Assembly (NCBI GenBank): GCA_937929825.1
Contig: CALFUV010000012.1
Coordinates: forward strand, 44-64,043
Length of the DNA: 64,000 nucleotides
Origin: an uncultured Patescibacteria group bacterium
Lineage (GTDB): Bacteria > Patescibacteriota > Patescibacteriia > Veblenbacterales > UBA10138
Direction of reading: 5' to 3'
Positions within the stretch are counted from its first letter, which is position 1. Every line of letters starts with the position of its first letter. Shown here piece by piece: positions 48,212-59,317 of this stretch. Under the pieces are notes generated by a model. It ran no database searches. It was not told the DNA's origin and saw only the letters and a list, made by a program, of their open reading frames with translations. The translations under genes were made by a program, and so were the position numbers.

Positions 48212-48624
48212 AATTTATAAGACTTTAAATTTTGACGTTCCAGATAATCCTGTAATAAAAACATGGCGGCCAGTTCATCACGGTTATGAGTTGGTAGAAC
48301 GGCATTGGTAATGACATTATCTGCCTGACGACTGGTTAAACGTTCGTCAAATAATAAAACTTCCACAGTTAAAAATTTTTTTAACTTATCTGCGAACCGG
48401 TGAGATTTCTTTGTCTGCTCTGATATATTACCAGTTAAACTTATTGGTTCACCAATAATCACCAGCTTAATTTCTTCTTCTAAAATTATTTCCTTAAGTT
48501 TATTTACCAAATCTATCTCAGACAAATTTATTAAAACGCCATAAGGCAAAGCTAAATTAGTCTCAGTGTCCCCAAGCGCTAAACCAATTCTCTTCTCACC
48601 AAAATCAATAGCTAAAATTTTCAT
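48208..48624 (-). CDS. ruvX: YqgF/RuvX RNase H-fold nuclease
   Basis: LAIDFGEKRIGLA, DERLTS, DELAAMFLLQ. Confidence 0.92.
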   Translation of the reverse strand: MKILAIDFGEKRIGLALGDTETNLALPYGVLINLSEIDLVNKLKEIILEEEIKLVIIGEPISLTGNISEQTKKSHRFADKLKKFLTVEVLLFDERLTSRQADNVITNAVLPTHNRDELAAMFLLQDYLERQNLKSYKL

Positions 48625-49385
48625 ATTCCGGTTAAAATTTCATATCCCTGATTAGTCACCAGCACAGTATGTTCAAAATGGGCAGATAACGAATTATCAA
48701 CTGTTACCACTGTCCAGCCGTCAGCTAAAGTTTTAACTTCGTAACCACCAGCATTCACCATTGGTTCAATAGCCAATACCATACCTGCTAATAATTTTGT
48801 ACCTGTGCCTGCTTGGCCAAAATTAGGCACAGACGGAGGTTCGTGTACCGCCCTCCCCACACCATGACCTGTGAGTTGTCTAACCACTGAAAAACCCTGC
48901 GCCTCAACATAAACCTGCACAGCTTCTCCTATATCACCGGTAAAAGCATTGGCTTTTACTTTTTTTAAAGCTTCAGCAAGAGCTGTTTTGGTTATTTTAA
49001 TTAATTTCTTAGCCAAAGGAGACGCTTGGCCAACTGAAATTGTAATTGCATGATCAGTACACACACCTTCATACCAACAACCCAAATCAAGACTAACTAT
49101 ATCTCCCTCTTTCAAAATTTTCTCTTGATTTGGCAAACCATGAACTACTTCTGAATTAACTGAAACGCACAAACTAGCAGGATAAATAAGATCCTCACTT
49201 TGATAATGTAAAAATGATGGTCTAGCCCCAAGGGCGCGTAAACGATCTTCGGCTAAATTATTTAAATCAATACTAACTACACCGGGTTTAACTGCCCTAG
49301 CAACTTCCTGTAAAACTTGAGCTAAAATACGTCCACCACGCCGCAAACTCTGAATTTCTTTTTCAGTTTTAATAAACTTATTCAT
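48621..49385 (-). CDS. map: Methionine aminopeptidase type I
   Basis: CVSVNSEVVHG, GHGVG..VHE, AIEPM, SAHFEHT. Confidence 0.96.
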   Translation of the reverse strand: MNKFIKTEKEIQSLRRGGRILAQVLQEVARAVKPGVVSIDLNNLAEDRLRALGARPSFLHYQSEDLIYPASLCVSVNSEVVHGLPNQEKILKEGDIVSLDLGCWYEGVCTDHAITISVGQASPLAKKLIKITKTALAEALKKVKANAFTGDIGEAVQVYVEAQGFSVVRQLTGHGVGRAVHEPPSVPNFGQAGTGTKLLAGMVLAIEPMVNAGGYEVKTLADGWTVVTVDNSLSAHFEHTVLVTNQGYEILTGI

Positions 49386-50020
49386 AACCCGAGAATAGCC
49401 CGTAAATTGGCAGTCACAACATCAATTGGCGGTGCACCATCAATTCTTTTTAATTTGCCACGCTGATGATAAAAATCCAATAAGGGCTCAGTTTGCTGGT
49501 GAAAGTTTGCTAATCTTACTAAAACCGCTTCTTTAGTGTCATCTGTTCTTTGTAAAAGATGAGCGCCATCAATATTACAAACTTCATCCACCCGCGGCGG
49601 ATTATATTGCAAATGATATACAGCTTGACAATTCGGACAAACCCGCCTGCCAGAAATTCTTTTAACCGCTTCCTCATCTGATAATTCCAAATAAATAGCT
49701 AATACATCTGGTTTGATTTTGGCTAAAAATTCCGCTTGTTTCATATTGCGCGGAAAACCATCCAAAACAAAACCTGAATTAGTATCTGATTCTGCTAATC
49801 TATTAGCTACTAATTTATTAGTAATATCATCTGGCACTAATTGGCCAGTTTTAAGTATTTTATCCAATTCTTGTCCAAACTCTGACTGTTGCCCCGCTAG
49901 TTGACGAAAAATATCACCGGTTGATATATGGGGTATACGCAACAAATTAGCTAAAGCCTGAGCCTGTGTACCCTTACCTGAACCTTGAGGGCCCAAAATC
50001 AAATATTCATACTTACCCAT
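49382..50020 (-). CDS. adk: Adenylate kinase
   Basis: GPQGSGKGTQA, HISTGD, LDGFPR, zinc-type LID domain. Confidence 0.95.
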   Translation of the reverse strand: MGKYEYLILGPQGSGKGTQAQALANLLRIPHISTGDIFRQLAGQQSEFGQELDKILKTGQLVPDDITNKLVANRLAESDTNSGFVLDGFPRNMKQAEFLAKIKPDVLAIYLELSDEEAVKRISGRRVCPNCQAVYHLQYNPPRVDEVCNIDGAHLLQRTDDTKEAVLVRLANFHQQTEPLLDFYHQRGKLKRIDGAPPIDVVTANLRAILGL

Positions 50021-50052
50021 AGTAATTATCATTTTACCTTATTGTTTTACAT

Positions 50053-50080
50053 AAAAAAAGCCTGGCTTTACAGCCAGGCT
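50053..50080 (-). terminator. Intrinsic terminator after secY
   Basis: Minus strand AGCCTGGCT-GTAA-AGCCAGGCT followed by a T run. Confidence 0.8.
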
Positions 50081-50093
50081 AAATAAACAAAAA

Positions 50094-51371
50094 TTATAAC
50101 TCTTCGTAATCACGCATTACTAATTGGGCATTGATTTGTCGTACGGTTTCAATAACAACCTGCACCACAATTAAAACTGATGTACCTCCTATCACTAATA
50201 ACTGCGAACCTGTCAAAAGTTGCATCGCTAAAGGCAAAACTGCTATAGCACTTAAGAAAATTGCTCCCGGCAACACAATTCTATTCATGGTAACGCTAAG
50301 ATACTCCACTGTGGAATTACCCGGTCTGATACCGGGAATAAATCCTCCTTGTTTTTGCAAATTTTCCGCAATTTGATCTGGTTTGAAAACCACCGCAGTG
50401 TAAAAATAAGTAAAACCAAAAACCAGTACAAAATACGCTACCCCATAAAATATCTGGTTTTGGAAAAGACTAATAGTAAATTCTGCTGCCCGCACCAACC
50501 AATCTGATTGGGAACGAACAAAAAACTGGGCAATCATTGGTGGAAATAATATTACCGAAATAGCAAAAATAATAGGTATAACACCGGCCTGTAAAAGCCG
50601 TAGGGGTAAATTGCTGGTAGCGCCGCCCAAAGAACGAAAACCGCGCATCATACGGGCATACTGCACAGGAATATTACGCTGAGCTTCAGTCACAACAACT
50701 ACACCAACTACAGTAATCAAAGCCACTACCACAAAAGCAATAACACTAAAAATCTGGGTTTTATCAAAAGTAGCTATTAACTGCTGTAATTGTGTAGGCA
50801 CCGAAGCAACAATACCAGCAAAAATTAGTAAACTGATGCCATTGCCAATCTTTTTTTCAGAAATTAATTCACCAAGCCACATCAAAAATATAGTGCCGGC
50901 AGTTACGGTAAAAATACTGACAGTTAACTGCCAAGGATCAAGTTGTCCTACTAATTGACCACCGCCTTGATTCCGTAAAACTGTTATAAAACCATAAGCC
51001 TGAATGGCTGCTAAGGGTACTGTTAAATAACGCGTGTATTGATTAATTTTACGCTGGCCAGCTTCACCATCTTTTGATATCTCCTCTAAACGCGGCAAGA
51101 TCATAGTTAACAACTGAATAATAATGGAGGCGGTAATGTAAGGACCTACACCAAGCATCATGATAGAAAAATTTTCTAAACCTCCACCAGAAAATATATT
51201 AAGCAATCCCAAAAATTGATTTTGGGCAAAAAATTTTTTTAAAGCCGTGGGATCAATTCCAGCAATCGGCAAATGAGCTCCAATACGAAAAACAACCAAA
51301 GCCAATAAAACCAACAGAATACTGTTACGTAAATCAGGAGTTGTCCAAATTTGCTTTAATTTACGCCACAT
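50094..51371 (-). CDS. secY: Preprotein translocase SecY
   Basis: LGVGPYITASII, WLGELIS..IGNGISL, GGFIPGIRPG. Confidence 0.97.
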   Translation of the reverse strand: MWRKLKQIWTTPDLRNSILLVLLALVVFRIGAHLPIAGIDPTALKKFFAQNQFLGLLNIFSGGGLENFSIMMLGVGPYITASIIIQLLTMILPRLEEISKDGEAGQRKINQYTRYLTVPLAAIQAYGFITVLRNQGGGQLVGQLDPWQLTVSIFTVTAGTIFLMWLGELISEKKIGNGISLLIFAGIVASVPTQLQQLIATFDKTQIFSVIAFVVVALITVVGVVVVTEAQRNIPVQYARMMRGFRSLGGATSNLPLRLLQAGVIPIIFAISVILFPPMIAQFFVRSQSDWLVRAAEFTISLFQNQIFYGVAYFVLVFGFTYFYTAVVFKPDQIAENLQKQGGFIPGIRPGNSTVEYLSVTMNRIVLPGAIFLSAIAVLPLAMQLLTGSQLLVIGGTSVLIVVQVVIETVRQINAQLVMRDYEEL

Positions 51372-51377
51372 ATAATT

Positions 51378-51854
51378 TTATCTTTTTTTCTTATCAACGG
51401 CCTTGGGAACTGATATTAATTCAATCTGCCCGCCGGCAGCTATAATAGCTCCTCTAGCTCCCTGTGAAACCGCCTGAACTTTAAAAATTAGTTTTTTGGG
51501 AAACTGACCTCGGCCAATTATTTTTACCGGACTGTTGGCATCAAAAATAATTTTTTCATTGGCTAATAATTTATTGGTAACAATTGTGCCATCGGGTAAA
51601 TTTAACAAAGAAGATAAATTAACTGCTTGGATTTTCTTTTTAAAGCTTTTAAAACCGCGCACTTTGGGTAAACGTGCCACAAAATGCTTAACACCAAGCT
51701 GGGTTAAACCTTTCCGCCCACCTTGTCTGGCACGCTGACCTTTAGTGCCGCGGGTGGCTGTGGTACCATGGCCGGAAGCATTTCCCCGACCAAGCCTTTT
51801 TTTGCCACGGCGCGAACCTTGACTGGGTTTAAGATTATGCAACTCTAAGGACAT
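51378..51854 (-). CDS. rplO: 50S ribosomal protein L15
   Basis: KRLGRGNASGHGTTATRGTKGQRAR, RLPKVRGF. Confidence 0.95.
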   Translation of the reverse strand: MSLELHNLKPSQGSRRGKKRLGRGNASGHGTTATRGTKGQRARQGGRKGLTQLGVKHFVARLPKVRGFKSFKKKIQAVNLSSLLNLPDGTIVTNKLLANEKIIFDANSPVKIIGRGQFPKKLIFKVQAVSQGARGAIIAAGGQIELISVPKAVDKKKR

Positions 51855-51856
51855 AA

Positions 51857-52369
51857 TTAAGCTTTAAGTTTAAGTTGGTTAAAGGCTTTTATAACAGCCC
51901 GAACATTATTAATTTTGTTGGGCGAGCCAAGTATTTTGCTAACTACATTAGGAACGCCTGCTAATTCCAAAACAGAACGTACCGGACCGCCGGCAATAAT
52001 ACCAGTGCCTTTGGGGGCTGGTTTCATCAAAACCACTGCACTCTTGTATTTAACTTTAATTTCGTGAGGAATAGTTTCATTTTTAAGAGGAATATTAATA
52101 AGAGCACGTCTGGCTTTAGTAGTAGCTTTACTAACAGCTAAACTTACATCTGCTCCTTTAGCAAGACCAATACCTACCCGACCCTGACGATTGCCCAATA
52201 CCACAAGAGCACGAAAACGCATACGTTTACCACCGGCCATTACTCGGGTAACGCGAGACAATTCCACTATTCTCTGCTCAAAACCGTCATCTGGCTTTTC
52301 CCGCGCTAAACTGCGTCCGGAATGACCACCCGCTCTGCCTGACTTTCCTTTTTGAGTTGATGATAACAT
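51857..52369 (-). CDS. rpsE: 30S ribosomal protein S5
   Basis: RVTRVMAGGKRMRF, GTGIIAGG. Confidence 0.96.
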   Translation of the reverse strand: MLSSTQKGKSGRAGGHSGRSLAREKPDDGFEQRIVELSRVTRVMAGGKRMRFRALVVLGNRQGRVGIGLAKGADVSLAVSKATTKARRALINIPLKNETIPHEIKVKYKSAVVLMKPAPKGTGIIAGGPVRSVLELAGVPNVVSKILGSPNKINNVRAVIKAFNQLKLKA

Positions 52370-52386
52370 AAAAGAAATTTAAAAAA

Positions 52387-52728
52387 TTAAAATTCTAAAC
52401 CAACTTCACGAGCTCCCTCGGCCAAAGCTTTCACTCGACCGTGATAAGCATAACCGCCGCGATCAAAAACAACTTTCTTTATTCCCAACTGCAAGGCACG
52501 TTCAGCCGCTAAACGCCCGACTAAGGCAGCTATTTGAACAGGTGTACTCTTAGAACCAGCCTTAACCGCAGAATCAGAAACGCTTAAAATGGTTTTGCCA
52601 GCTACATCATCAATAAACTGAACCTTAATGTGTTTTAAGCTACGATAAACAGCCAAACGCGGACGAGCTTCTGTGCCGCTTATTTTGGCCCTAACCCGAC
52701 GATGACGATGAATTCTTTTTTGCATCAT
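52387..52728 (-). CDS. rplR: 50S ribosomal protein L18
   Basis: [26 protein letters not shown]. Confidence 0.96.
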   Translation of the reverse strand: MMQKRIHRHRRVRAKISGTEARPRLAVYRSLKHIKVQFIDDVAGKTILSVSDSAVKAGSKSTPVQIAALVGRLAAERALQLGIKKVVFDRGGYAYHGRVKALAEGAREVGLEF

Positions 52729-52748
52729 ATACTTGTCTAAATTATTTA

Positions 52749-53300
52749 TTACTTAGCGCCAGCTGATTTAACCACTTTACCGGCTTTGCGTCGCACTACT
52801 TCATCAGCATACTTTATACCCTTGCCTTTATAAGGTTCAGGTGGACGAAGTGATCTTATTTCAGCCGCCGTTTGACCAACCAGTTGTTTAGATACCCCCA
52901 CCAAAGTAATAGTGTTTTTGTCTACACTAACACTTAAACCGGCTGGTATTTTATAACGAATTGGATGAGAATAACCCAAATTCAAAACCAGATCTTGGCC
53001 TTCCACCTGAGCTTTGTAGCCAATACCGCTAATTTCTAATTTTTTCTCAAAATTTTCATATACACCTTTAACAGCATTGGCTACCAACTGCCTTGCCAAT
53101 CCCCACAAAGCTTTATTTTTATTAGTAACTACACCTTTTATAGAAAGCTTAAGCTCAGAATCTTCTTGTTTTACCTCAATAGATTGTGGCAAGGGTTGAA
53201 TTATTTCACCCTTAGGCCCCTTAATTACAAGGCTGTCAGGTTTTATTTGCACCTGAACTCCGGTTGGTATTGTAATTGGTAATTTACCTAAACGAGACAT
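52749..53300 (-). CDS. rplF: 50S ribosomal protein L6
   Basis: [20 protein letters not shown]. Confidence 0.96.
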   Translation of the reverse strand: MSRLGKLPITIPTGVQVQIKPDSLVIKGPKGEIIQPLPQSIEVKQEDSELKLSIKGVVTNKNKALWGLARQLVANAVKGVYENFEKKLEISGIGYKAQVEGQDLVLNLGYSHPIRYKIPAGLSVSVDKNTITLVGVSKQLVGQTAAEIRSLRPPEPYKGKGIKYADEVVRRKAGKVVKSAGAK

Positions 53301-53318
53301 AATTTTCTTAATCAATCA

Positions 53319-53705
53319 TTAATAAATTTCACAAATAACTTCTCCGCCTAAACGCTTGGCGCGAGCCTCGCGGTTAGTCATCAATCCGTGGGAGGTAGAA
53401 ATAATAGCCACACCAAGACCGGAAAGCACTCGCGGCATTTCGCCATGCTTAACATAATAACGCCGGCCGGGAGTGCTAATTCGTTTAAGATTACGAATGG
53501 CTGATTGTTTGCCTTCGTACTTTAAATTAATTTTAAGGCTCCGCACTGGCGTATTAACTTCCTGCACCGCCTCAATATAACCTTCACGCAAAAGTATTTC
53601 AGCCAGCCCGGCCTTAAGTTTTGAATATGGCACCAGCACTTCCGTTTTGTGAACCATCACGGCGTTGCGGATGCGAGCTAACATGTCACTAATTGGATCT
53701 GTCAT
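53319..53705 (-). CDS. rpsH: 30S ribosomal protein S8
   Basis: MTDPISDMLARIRNA, STSHGLMT, GGEVICEI; start refined. Confidence 0.96.
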   Translation of the reverse strand: MTDPISDMLARIRNAVMVHKTEVLVPYSKLKAGLAEILLREGYIEAVQEVNTPVRSLKINLKYEGKQSAIRNLKRISTPGRRYYVKHGEMPRVLSGLGVAIISTSHGLMTNREARAKRLGGEVICEIY

Positions 53706-53727
53706 AAAATAATACTTCAAATAATTT

Positions 53728-53922
53728 TTACCAACTGGCCTTACGAATACCCGGCAATTCGCCGTTATTGGCCAATTCTCTAAAACAAATGCGGCACAAA
53801 TCAAAATCACGCATATAACCTCGACGGCGGCCGCAACGCCAACAGCGTCTAACTATGCGGGTGGAATATTTAGGCTTGATGCGAGATCGTCTGGCTTTTA
53901 CTTCTAAACTTGTAGTAGACAT
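53728..53922 (-). CDS. rpsN: 30S ribosomal protein S14, zinc-binding type Z
   Basis: RCWRCGR...[17 protein letters not shown]. Confidence 0.95.
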   Translation of the reverse strand: MSTTSLEVKARRSRIKPKYSTRIVRRCWRCGRRRGYMRDFDLCRICFRELANNGELPGIRKASW

Positions 53923-53926
53923 AATT

Positions 53927-54484
53927 TTAATTAGCAAATGGAAATCCTAAAAATTCAAACAATTTATGGCCTTGTTGGCGATTTCGAGCTGTAGTGGTAA
54001 TCGCTACTTCTAAACCGTGAATAGTTTCAACCTCATCAGAACGTATTTCAGGAAAAATTAAGTGCTCTTTAAAACCTATAGACAAATTGCCTTGACTGTC
54101 AATTGATTTAATCGGTAGCCCCCGAAAATCACGAACACGGGGTAAAGAAACACGAATTAACTTTTCCAAAAAATCATACATTCTAACACCACGAAGCGTT
54201 ACCATCGCGCCTATTACCATATTCTGCCTGATTTTAAAATTAGAAATGGACTTTTTAGCTCTAGTAAATACCGGTTTTTGTCCGGTTATACGCTCCAGTG
54301 TTCTATAAGCAACTTCGGCTAATTTACTGTCTTTGCCCTGCTGCCCCAAGCCAATATTAATGGTTACTTTGGTAAGACGCGGTGCGGCTAAATTATTTTT
54401 CAAGCCAAATTCCTTAACCAAAGCCGGCACTACATTTTTAAAATAATGCTCTTTTAAAGATAAATTGTGTATTTTACTGGTCAT
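53927..54484 (-). CDS. rplE: 50S ribosomal protein L5
   Basis: [20 protein letters not shown]. Confidence 0.96.
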   Translation of the reverse strand: MTSKIHNLSLKEHYFKNVVPALVKEFGLKNNLAAPRLTKVTINIGLGQQGKDSKLAEVAYRTLERITGQKPVFTRAKKSISNFKIRQNMVIGAMVTLRGVRMYDFLEKLIRVSLPRVRDFRGLPIKSIDSQGNLSIGFKEHLIFPEIRSDEVETIHGLEVAITTTARNRQQGHKLFEFLGFPFAN

Positions 54485-54489
54485 ATAAT

Positions 54490-54804
54490 TTACATACTTT
54501 GAGAACACTTACGGCAAAGTCTAATTTTTTGTCCATCACTGCCAATTTGTATCTTAACACGGGTTGGTTTACCGCAGTGCGGACAAATAACGCTAACTTT
54601 GGCAATTGGCAACGGAGCGGCATATTGTACCCTACTGCCAGTACGTCCTCGCTGTCTGGTTTTTAAATGTTTAAACCTTAAATTTATTCCTTCTACCACC
54701 AATAGACCGAGTTTAGGAAATACTTGAGTAACTTTCCCTTGTTTTCCCCGATCACGGCCAGAAAGTACTATAACATTATCATTCTTTTTTACTTTAATTT
54801 TCAT
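54490..54804 (-). CDS. rplX: 50S ribosomal protein L24
   Basis: KOW motif VIVLSGRDRGKQGKV; CPHC...CRKC. Confidence 0.95.
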   Translation of the reverse strand: MKIKVKKNDNVIVLSGRDRGKQGKVTQVFPKLGLLVVEGINLRFKHLKTRQRGRTGSRVQYAAPLPIAKVSVICPHCGKPTRVKIQIGSDGQKIRLCRKCSQSM

Positions 54805-54817
54805 ATATAAAATTCCT

Positions 54818-55189
54818 TTACAAAACTTCTGGCGCTAAAGATATTATTTTTTGAAAACCCTTTACACGCAATTCACGGGCAACTGGTCCAAAAATACGAG
54901 TACCGCGCGGTTCTTTGGATTTTTTGTCAATAATAACCACAGCATTATCATCAAAACGGATATAAGAACCATCACTACGGCGCTGCTCTTTTCGACTGCG
55001 TACCAAAACCGCATGAACCACCTCACTTTTCTTAACAGTACCATAAGGTTCAGCAGATTTTACCACCACGGTAATAATATCACCTAAACGCCCATAACGT
55101 TTTTTGTAACCACCTAATACCCTAATACACTGAACCTTTTTAGCGCCAGTGTTATCAGCTACTGTCAACATTGTACGTAATTGAACCAT
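54818..55189 (-). CDS. rplN: 50S ribosomal protein L14
   Basis: [26 protein letters not shown]. Confidence 0.97.
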   Translation of the reverse strand: MVQLRTMLTVADNTGAKKVQCIRVLGGYKKRYGRLGDIITVVVKSAEPYGTVKKSEVVHAVLVRSRKEQRRSDGSYIRFDDNAVVIIDKKSKEPRGTRIFGPVARELRVKGFQKIISLAPEVL

Positions 55190-55194
55190 AATTA

Positions 55195-55452
55195 TTAATT
55201 AACTTTATTAATTATCCGCCAGCGTTTGGTTTTAGACATTGGTCGACACTGCTCAATTACCACCTTATCGCCAAGCTGGTAAGTATTTTTGGCATCATGC
55301 GAAGCAAAACGTTTATTAACACGAAAACGCTTGCCGTATTTGTGATGAGCAATCACACGCGATACTTCTACAATGCGGGTTTTATCTGTTTTAGCAGACA
55401 CTACCACTCCTTGTAAACGACGATGTATTTTGGGGGATTTGGCATTTGTCAT
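55195..55452 (-). CDS. rpsQ: 30S ribosomal protein S17
   Basis: [21 protein letters not shown]. Confidence 0.95.
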   Translation of the reverse strand: MTNAKSPKIHRRLQGVVVSAKTDKTRIVEVSRVIAHHKYGKRFRVNKRFASHDAKNTYQLGDKVVIEQCRPMSKTKRWRIINKVN

Positions 55453-55466
55453 AATTATAATTTATA

Positions 55467-55667
55467 TTATCTTTTATTTTTAATCTCTCTTAATCTAGTA
55501 ATAACTCTGGCAACAACCAAACGCCAGCGCCTAATAGCCCGCACATCCTTAAGATCTTGTAAAGCTGCTTTAGTTTTAAGCTGGCGCAACTCTTCACGAG
55601 CCTCTTTTAATAAACTTTCCAGCTCCGGTAATTGCTTATTACGAATTTCTTGCATTTTTAATTTCAT
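55467..55667 (-). CDS. rpmC: 50S ribosomal protein L29
   Basis: Position between rplP and rpsQ; IRRWRLVVARVIT. Confidence 0.9.
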   Translation of the reverse strand: MKLKMQEIRNKQLPELESLLKEAREELRQLKTKAALQDLKDVRAIRRWRLVVARVITRLREIKNKR

Positions 55668-55686
55668 ACCTTTCTTCTTAATCTAA

Positions 55687-56094
55687 TTACTTTTTAATAA
55701 TCACACTTTTAACTGGTAATTTATAGGCTGCCAACCTTAAGGCTGTCTGAGCTTGTTCCCAAGTCACGCCGTCAACCTCAAAAATTATTGTGCCCGGCTT
55801 AATAGGAGCAACATAATGATCCACCGCCCCTTTGCCTCCTCCCATACGAATTTCATTACCTTTAACTGTCACAGACTTATCCGGGAAAATTCTGATCCAC
55901 AACTTACCTTTGCGCTGCAAATTGCCGGTAATAGCTCGTCTAGCCGCTTCAATTTGACGAGATGTTATCCAACCAGCCTCTAAAGAACGAAGTCCAAAAT
56001 CGCCAAAACTCAAATTAATCTTACGGGTGGCTTTGCCGCGAATCTGATCGCCGCGATGATTTTTACGATATTTTACTTTTTTGGGAATAAGCAT
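55687..56094 (-). CDS. rplP: 50S ribosomal protein L16
   Basis: RQIEAAR, WIRIFPD, RMGGGKG. Confidence 0.96.
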   Translation of the reverse strand: MLIPKKVKYRKNHRGDQIRGKATRKINLSFGDFGLRSLEAGWITSRQIEAARRAITGNLQRKGKLWIRIFPDKSVTVKGNEIRMGGGKGAVDHYVAPIKPGTIIFEVDGVTWEQAQTALRLAAYKLPVKSVIIKK

Positions 56095-56097
56095 AAA

Positions 56098-56790
56098 TTA
56101 CCTGCTCCTAAAACGACCGGCGGCGGGCTTAGTTGTTATAGCCGCAGGCTCGGAAGTTGTTAAAATTTCACCGCGATTAATCCAAATCTTAACACCAATA
56201 ACACCGTAAGTAGTATGAGCGGCGGCGCGGGAATAATCTACATCAGCCCGTAAAGTATGTAAAGGCACCTTACCAACTATCAATTTCTCGGTGCGGGCAA
56301 TTTCGGCCCCATTCAATCTTCCGCCAACTTCAACCTTAACGCCCAAAGCTCCAGCTTTCATAGCCTGATCAATAGCTTGCTTCATAACACGACGGAAGGG
56401 CATGCGTTTTTCCAGCTCCAGGGCCATATTCTCAGCCATTATTTCCGCTGATAGCATTGGATTAGCCACCTCTTGAATATTTAACTGCAAACTTTCGTTT
56501 GGTTTAAGAAATTTTTCTTTAATTTCTTTTTTAAGTTCTTCTACCTGCGCACCACCACGACCTATCACCACGCCTGGTTTGGCAGTTTGGATATTCACAG
56601 TCAAACTGGAGGCGCCACGCTCTATTTCTATTGCCGCTACTGATGACCCGCGTAATTTCTTTTTTAACCATCTTCTAAGTCTAATGTCTGACTGCAATTG
56701 ATCACGATAGGCGCGATCAGAAAACCAACGCGACTTCCAGGTATAAATGATGCCGATACGGAAAATCTTTGGATGTACTTTCTGTCCCAT
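56098..56790 (-). CDS. rpsC: 30S ribosomal protein S3
   Basis: MGQKVHP, PGVVIGRGG, GRLNGAEIAR. Confidence 0.97.
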   Translation of the reverse strand: MGQKVHPKIFRIGIIYTWKSRWFSDRAYRDQLQSDIRLRRWLKKKLRGSSVAAIEIERGASSLTVNIQTAKPGVVIGRGGAQVEELKKEIKEKFLKPNESLQLNIQEVANPMLSAEIMAENMALELEKRMPFRRVMKQAIDQAMKAGALGVKVEVGGRLNGAEIARTEKLIVGKVPLHTLRADVDYSRAAAHTTYGVIGVKIWINRGEILTTSEPAAITTKPAAGRFRSR

Positions 56791-56795
56791 ACTAA

Positions 56796-57164
56796 TTATT
56801 TCTTAATTTTTTTAGTAAACTTCTTATCAGGAGGTGTATCTGTTAAAACAACTTTAAGATGGGCTGTGGGGCGATGGATAGGATGAGCTGCCCCGCGAGC
56901 TGCCGGACGCCAGCGTTTAAGCCTTGGACCTTGACCAACCTCAATTTTTTTCACCCATAAATCACTGCCTGTGAATTTAAAATTATTTTTAGCATTAGCT
57001 TGGGCAGAACGCAACAGCTTAATAACCGGGCGAGCGACAATTTTGGGAGAATTGGTAAGCTGTAATAAAGCCTGGTCCAACTTCTTGCCTCTAACCAAAT
57101 CAATAACCAGTTTAAGTTTACGTGGCGAAGATCTAAGATATAATATTTTAGCTTTATATTCCAT
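56796..57164 (-). CDS. rplV: 50S ribosomal protein L22
   Basis: SPRKLKLVIDLVRG, SAQANA, PAARGAA. Confidence 0.95.
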   Translation of the reverse strand: MEYKAKILYLRSSPRKLKLVIDLVRGKKLDQALLQLTNSPKIVARPVIKLLRSAQANAKNNFKFTGSDLWVKKIEVGQGPRLKRWRPAARGAAHPIHRPTAHLKVVLTDTPPDKKFTKKIKK

Positions 57165-57169
57165 ACATT

Positions 57170-57466
57170 TTATTTAGTAGCGGCGGCAGCGGCAGCTTGC
57201 TCTTTGGCCATCTTACCGCCGTGCTTATGAAATTTTCTAGTTGGCGCAAATTCACCTAAACGATGCCCAACCATATCTTCAACAATAAACACCGGTAAAT
57301 GATTTTTACCATTATGAACCGCTATGGTAAAACCAACCATTTCCGGCGTAACCACCGAATCACGTGACCACGTCTTGATAACTGTTTTATCTCCGGGTTT
57401 AAGAGCAGAAATCTTTTTAAGTAATTTGGCGTCCACAAATGGACCTTTTTTTAAACTTCTTGACAT
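57170..57466 (-). CDS. rpsS: 30S ribosomal protein S19
   Basis: [26 protein letters not shown]. Confidence 0.96.
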   Translation of the reverse strand: MSRSLKKGPFVDAKLLKKISALKPGDKTVIKTWSRDSVVTPEMVGFTIAVHNGKNHLPVFIVEDMVGHRLGEFAPTRKFHKHGGKMAKEQAAAAAATK

Positions 57467-57467
57467 A

Positions 57468-58307
57468 TTATTCAATCCTCCTCTTGCGACGTGATATTAT
57501 AAAACGATTAGAAGCGCGATTAGCCTTACGTGTTGGCACGCCCAAAGCTGGTTTACCCCAAGGTGTTTTGGGATGTTTAAGGCCAATCGGCTGATTACCC
57601 TCACCGCCGCCATGAGGATGATCAACAGGATTCATAGCTTTACCGCGAACAGTTGGCTTTATTCCTAAATACCTCATCCGACCAGCTTTACCTAAACGCA
57701 CATTAATATGATCAACATTACTAACCTGACCAATAGTTGCTAAACAATTTTCCGACACACTCCTAATTTCGCCCGAAGGCAATTTGAGTCTGGCCTGACC
57801 GGCCTCTAAAGACATTAAGGTAGCCCAAGAACCAGCTGAACGCACCATCACCCCGCCAAAACCGGGTGAAAGTTCAATATTATGAACCTGTAAACCAGCT
57901 GGCACAAACTTTAAGGGCAGACGATTGCCAACTTTTATTTCAATTTGCTGACGTGAGCTTAAAACTTTATCACCAACTTTCAAACCATCAGGTGCTACTA
58001 TATAACTCTTAGCTCCATCAATATAATGCAGTAAAGCCAAATTAGCAGTGCGTCCCGGATCGTATTCCAAAGCGGCTACCCGTGCCACAATATCAAATTT
58101 ATGCCTCTTAAAATCAACAGTTCTTAAAAGACGCTTAGCCCCACCGCCACGATGACGAACGGTTATCTTACCCTGAAAATTTCGACCGCCGCTTTTTTTA
58201 GCACCTCGCACCAGATTCTTTTCGGGTCTCTTTTTTGTTAACTCCGGTTTTAAAACACCAGCGTGACGCCTGCCCGGAGTAGTTGGTTTATACAAAATAA
58301 CTGGCAT
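57468..58307 (-). CDS. rplB: 50S ribosomal protein L2
   Basis: [24 protein letters not shown]. Confidence 0.97.
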   Translation of the reverse strand: MPVILYKPTTPGRRHAGVLKPELTKKRPEKNLVRGAKKSGGRNFQGKITVRHRGGGAKRLLRTVDFKRHKFDIVARVAALEYDPGRTANLALLHYIDGAKSYIVAPDGLKVGDKVLSSRQQIEIKVGNRLPLKFVPAGLQVHNIELSPGFGGVMVRSAGSWATLMSLEAGQARLKLPSGEIRSVSENCLATIGQVSNVDHINVRLGKAGRMRYLGIKPTVRGKAMNPVDHPHGGGEGNQPIGLKHPKTPWGKPALGVPTRKANRASNRFIISRRKRRIE

Positions 58308-58311
58308 AAAA

Positions 58312-58668
58312 TTATAAAACTTTAGCTGTATCAATTGTTTCGCCCGGAGCCAAACGGACTATTAAATGTCTTCTGGCTTTTCGTTTGCCAACTTGCCGAC
58401 CACGTCTAACCACCTTACCCGGCAAACCTAGACTATTAACTCCCAGCACCCTAACACCATAAGCGGATTCAATTGCTTTTTTGACTTCAATTTTACTAAT
58501 CACTCCCAAAGCTTTAAACATATATTGCCCTGACTGCTGTAAACGGGTAGATTTTTCCGATACTATCGGCACCAAAGCAACTCCCGTCTTTAATTTAAAA
58601 GACAGATTCTTTGGTTTACCCATAACTCCTGAACTGGGTTTGCTATTTTTCTTGCCAAATAAAGCCAT
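58312..58668 (-). CDS. rplW: 50S ribosomal protein L23
   Basis: [23 protein letters not shown]. Confidence 0.92.
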   Translation of the reverse strand: MALFGKKNSKPSSGVMGKPKNLSFKLKTGVALVPIVSEKSTRLQQSGQYMFKALGVISKIEVKKAIESAYGVRVLGVNSLGLPGKVVRRGRQVGKRKARRHLIVRLAPGETIDTAKVL

Positions 58669-58672
58669 AAAT

Positions 58673-59308
58673 TTAAGAAATTTGTTTAATTAATTCAGAA
58701 GCACCAGCTACTGAAACTAACCATTTTGGATAGCGCAATCCATCATAAGCATTCAATTCTCTTATGGCCATTATTTCAACCCCAGCTAAATTTCTCATAG
58801 CGCGGTGCAAATATTTTTCCTTTTCAGTTAATAAAACCAAAACTCGACGGTTATTTATTTTAAGAATGCGCATCAATTCGGCAAAAATTTTGGTTTTATC
58901 AGCTTGAGGAAATTCCTCAATAACTACTACCCGGCCGGTAGTAAAATAATCAGCCACAACCATTTTTTTGGCCTGATTTTTTAATTGCTGGGGTAATCTT
59001 TGTTTATAATTACGAGTATTGCGCGGACCAAAAACCACACCACCACCCACCCACAAAGGTGAACGTATGGAGCCGTGTCTGGCCCGACCAGTACCTTTTT
59101 GGCGCCAAGGTTTTTTACCACCACCAGAAACTTCAGCACGATTTTTGGTATGAGCCGTACCAGCTCGAGCGTTAGCAGCATAAGCCACCACTACCTGATG
59201 AACTAGTTGTGGTTTTATTGGCAACTTTAATAATTGGTCTGGTAAAGAAAAATCTTTTACTTCCTGACCTTGATTATTCAAAATTTTTATTTGACTGATG
59301 CTTTTCAT
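58673..59308 (-). CDS. rplD: 50S ribosomal protein L4
   Basis: KPWRQKGTGRARHGSIRSPLW. Confidence 0.96.
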   Translation of the reverse strand: MKSISQIKILNNQGQEVKDFSLPDQLLKLPIKPQLVHQVVVAYAANARAGTAHTKNRAEVSGGGKKPWRQKGTGRARHGSIRSPLWVGGGVVFGPRNTRNYKQRLPQQLKNQAKKMVVADYFTTGRVVVIEEFPQADKTKIFAELMRILKINNRRVLVLLTEKEKYLHRAMRNLAGVEIMAIRELNAYDGLRYPKWLVSVAGASELIKQIS

Positions 59309-59317
59309 AAATACTTT

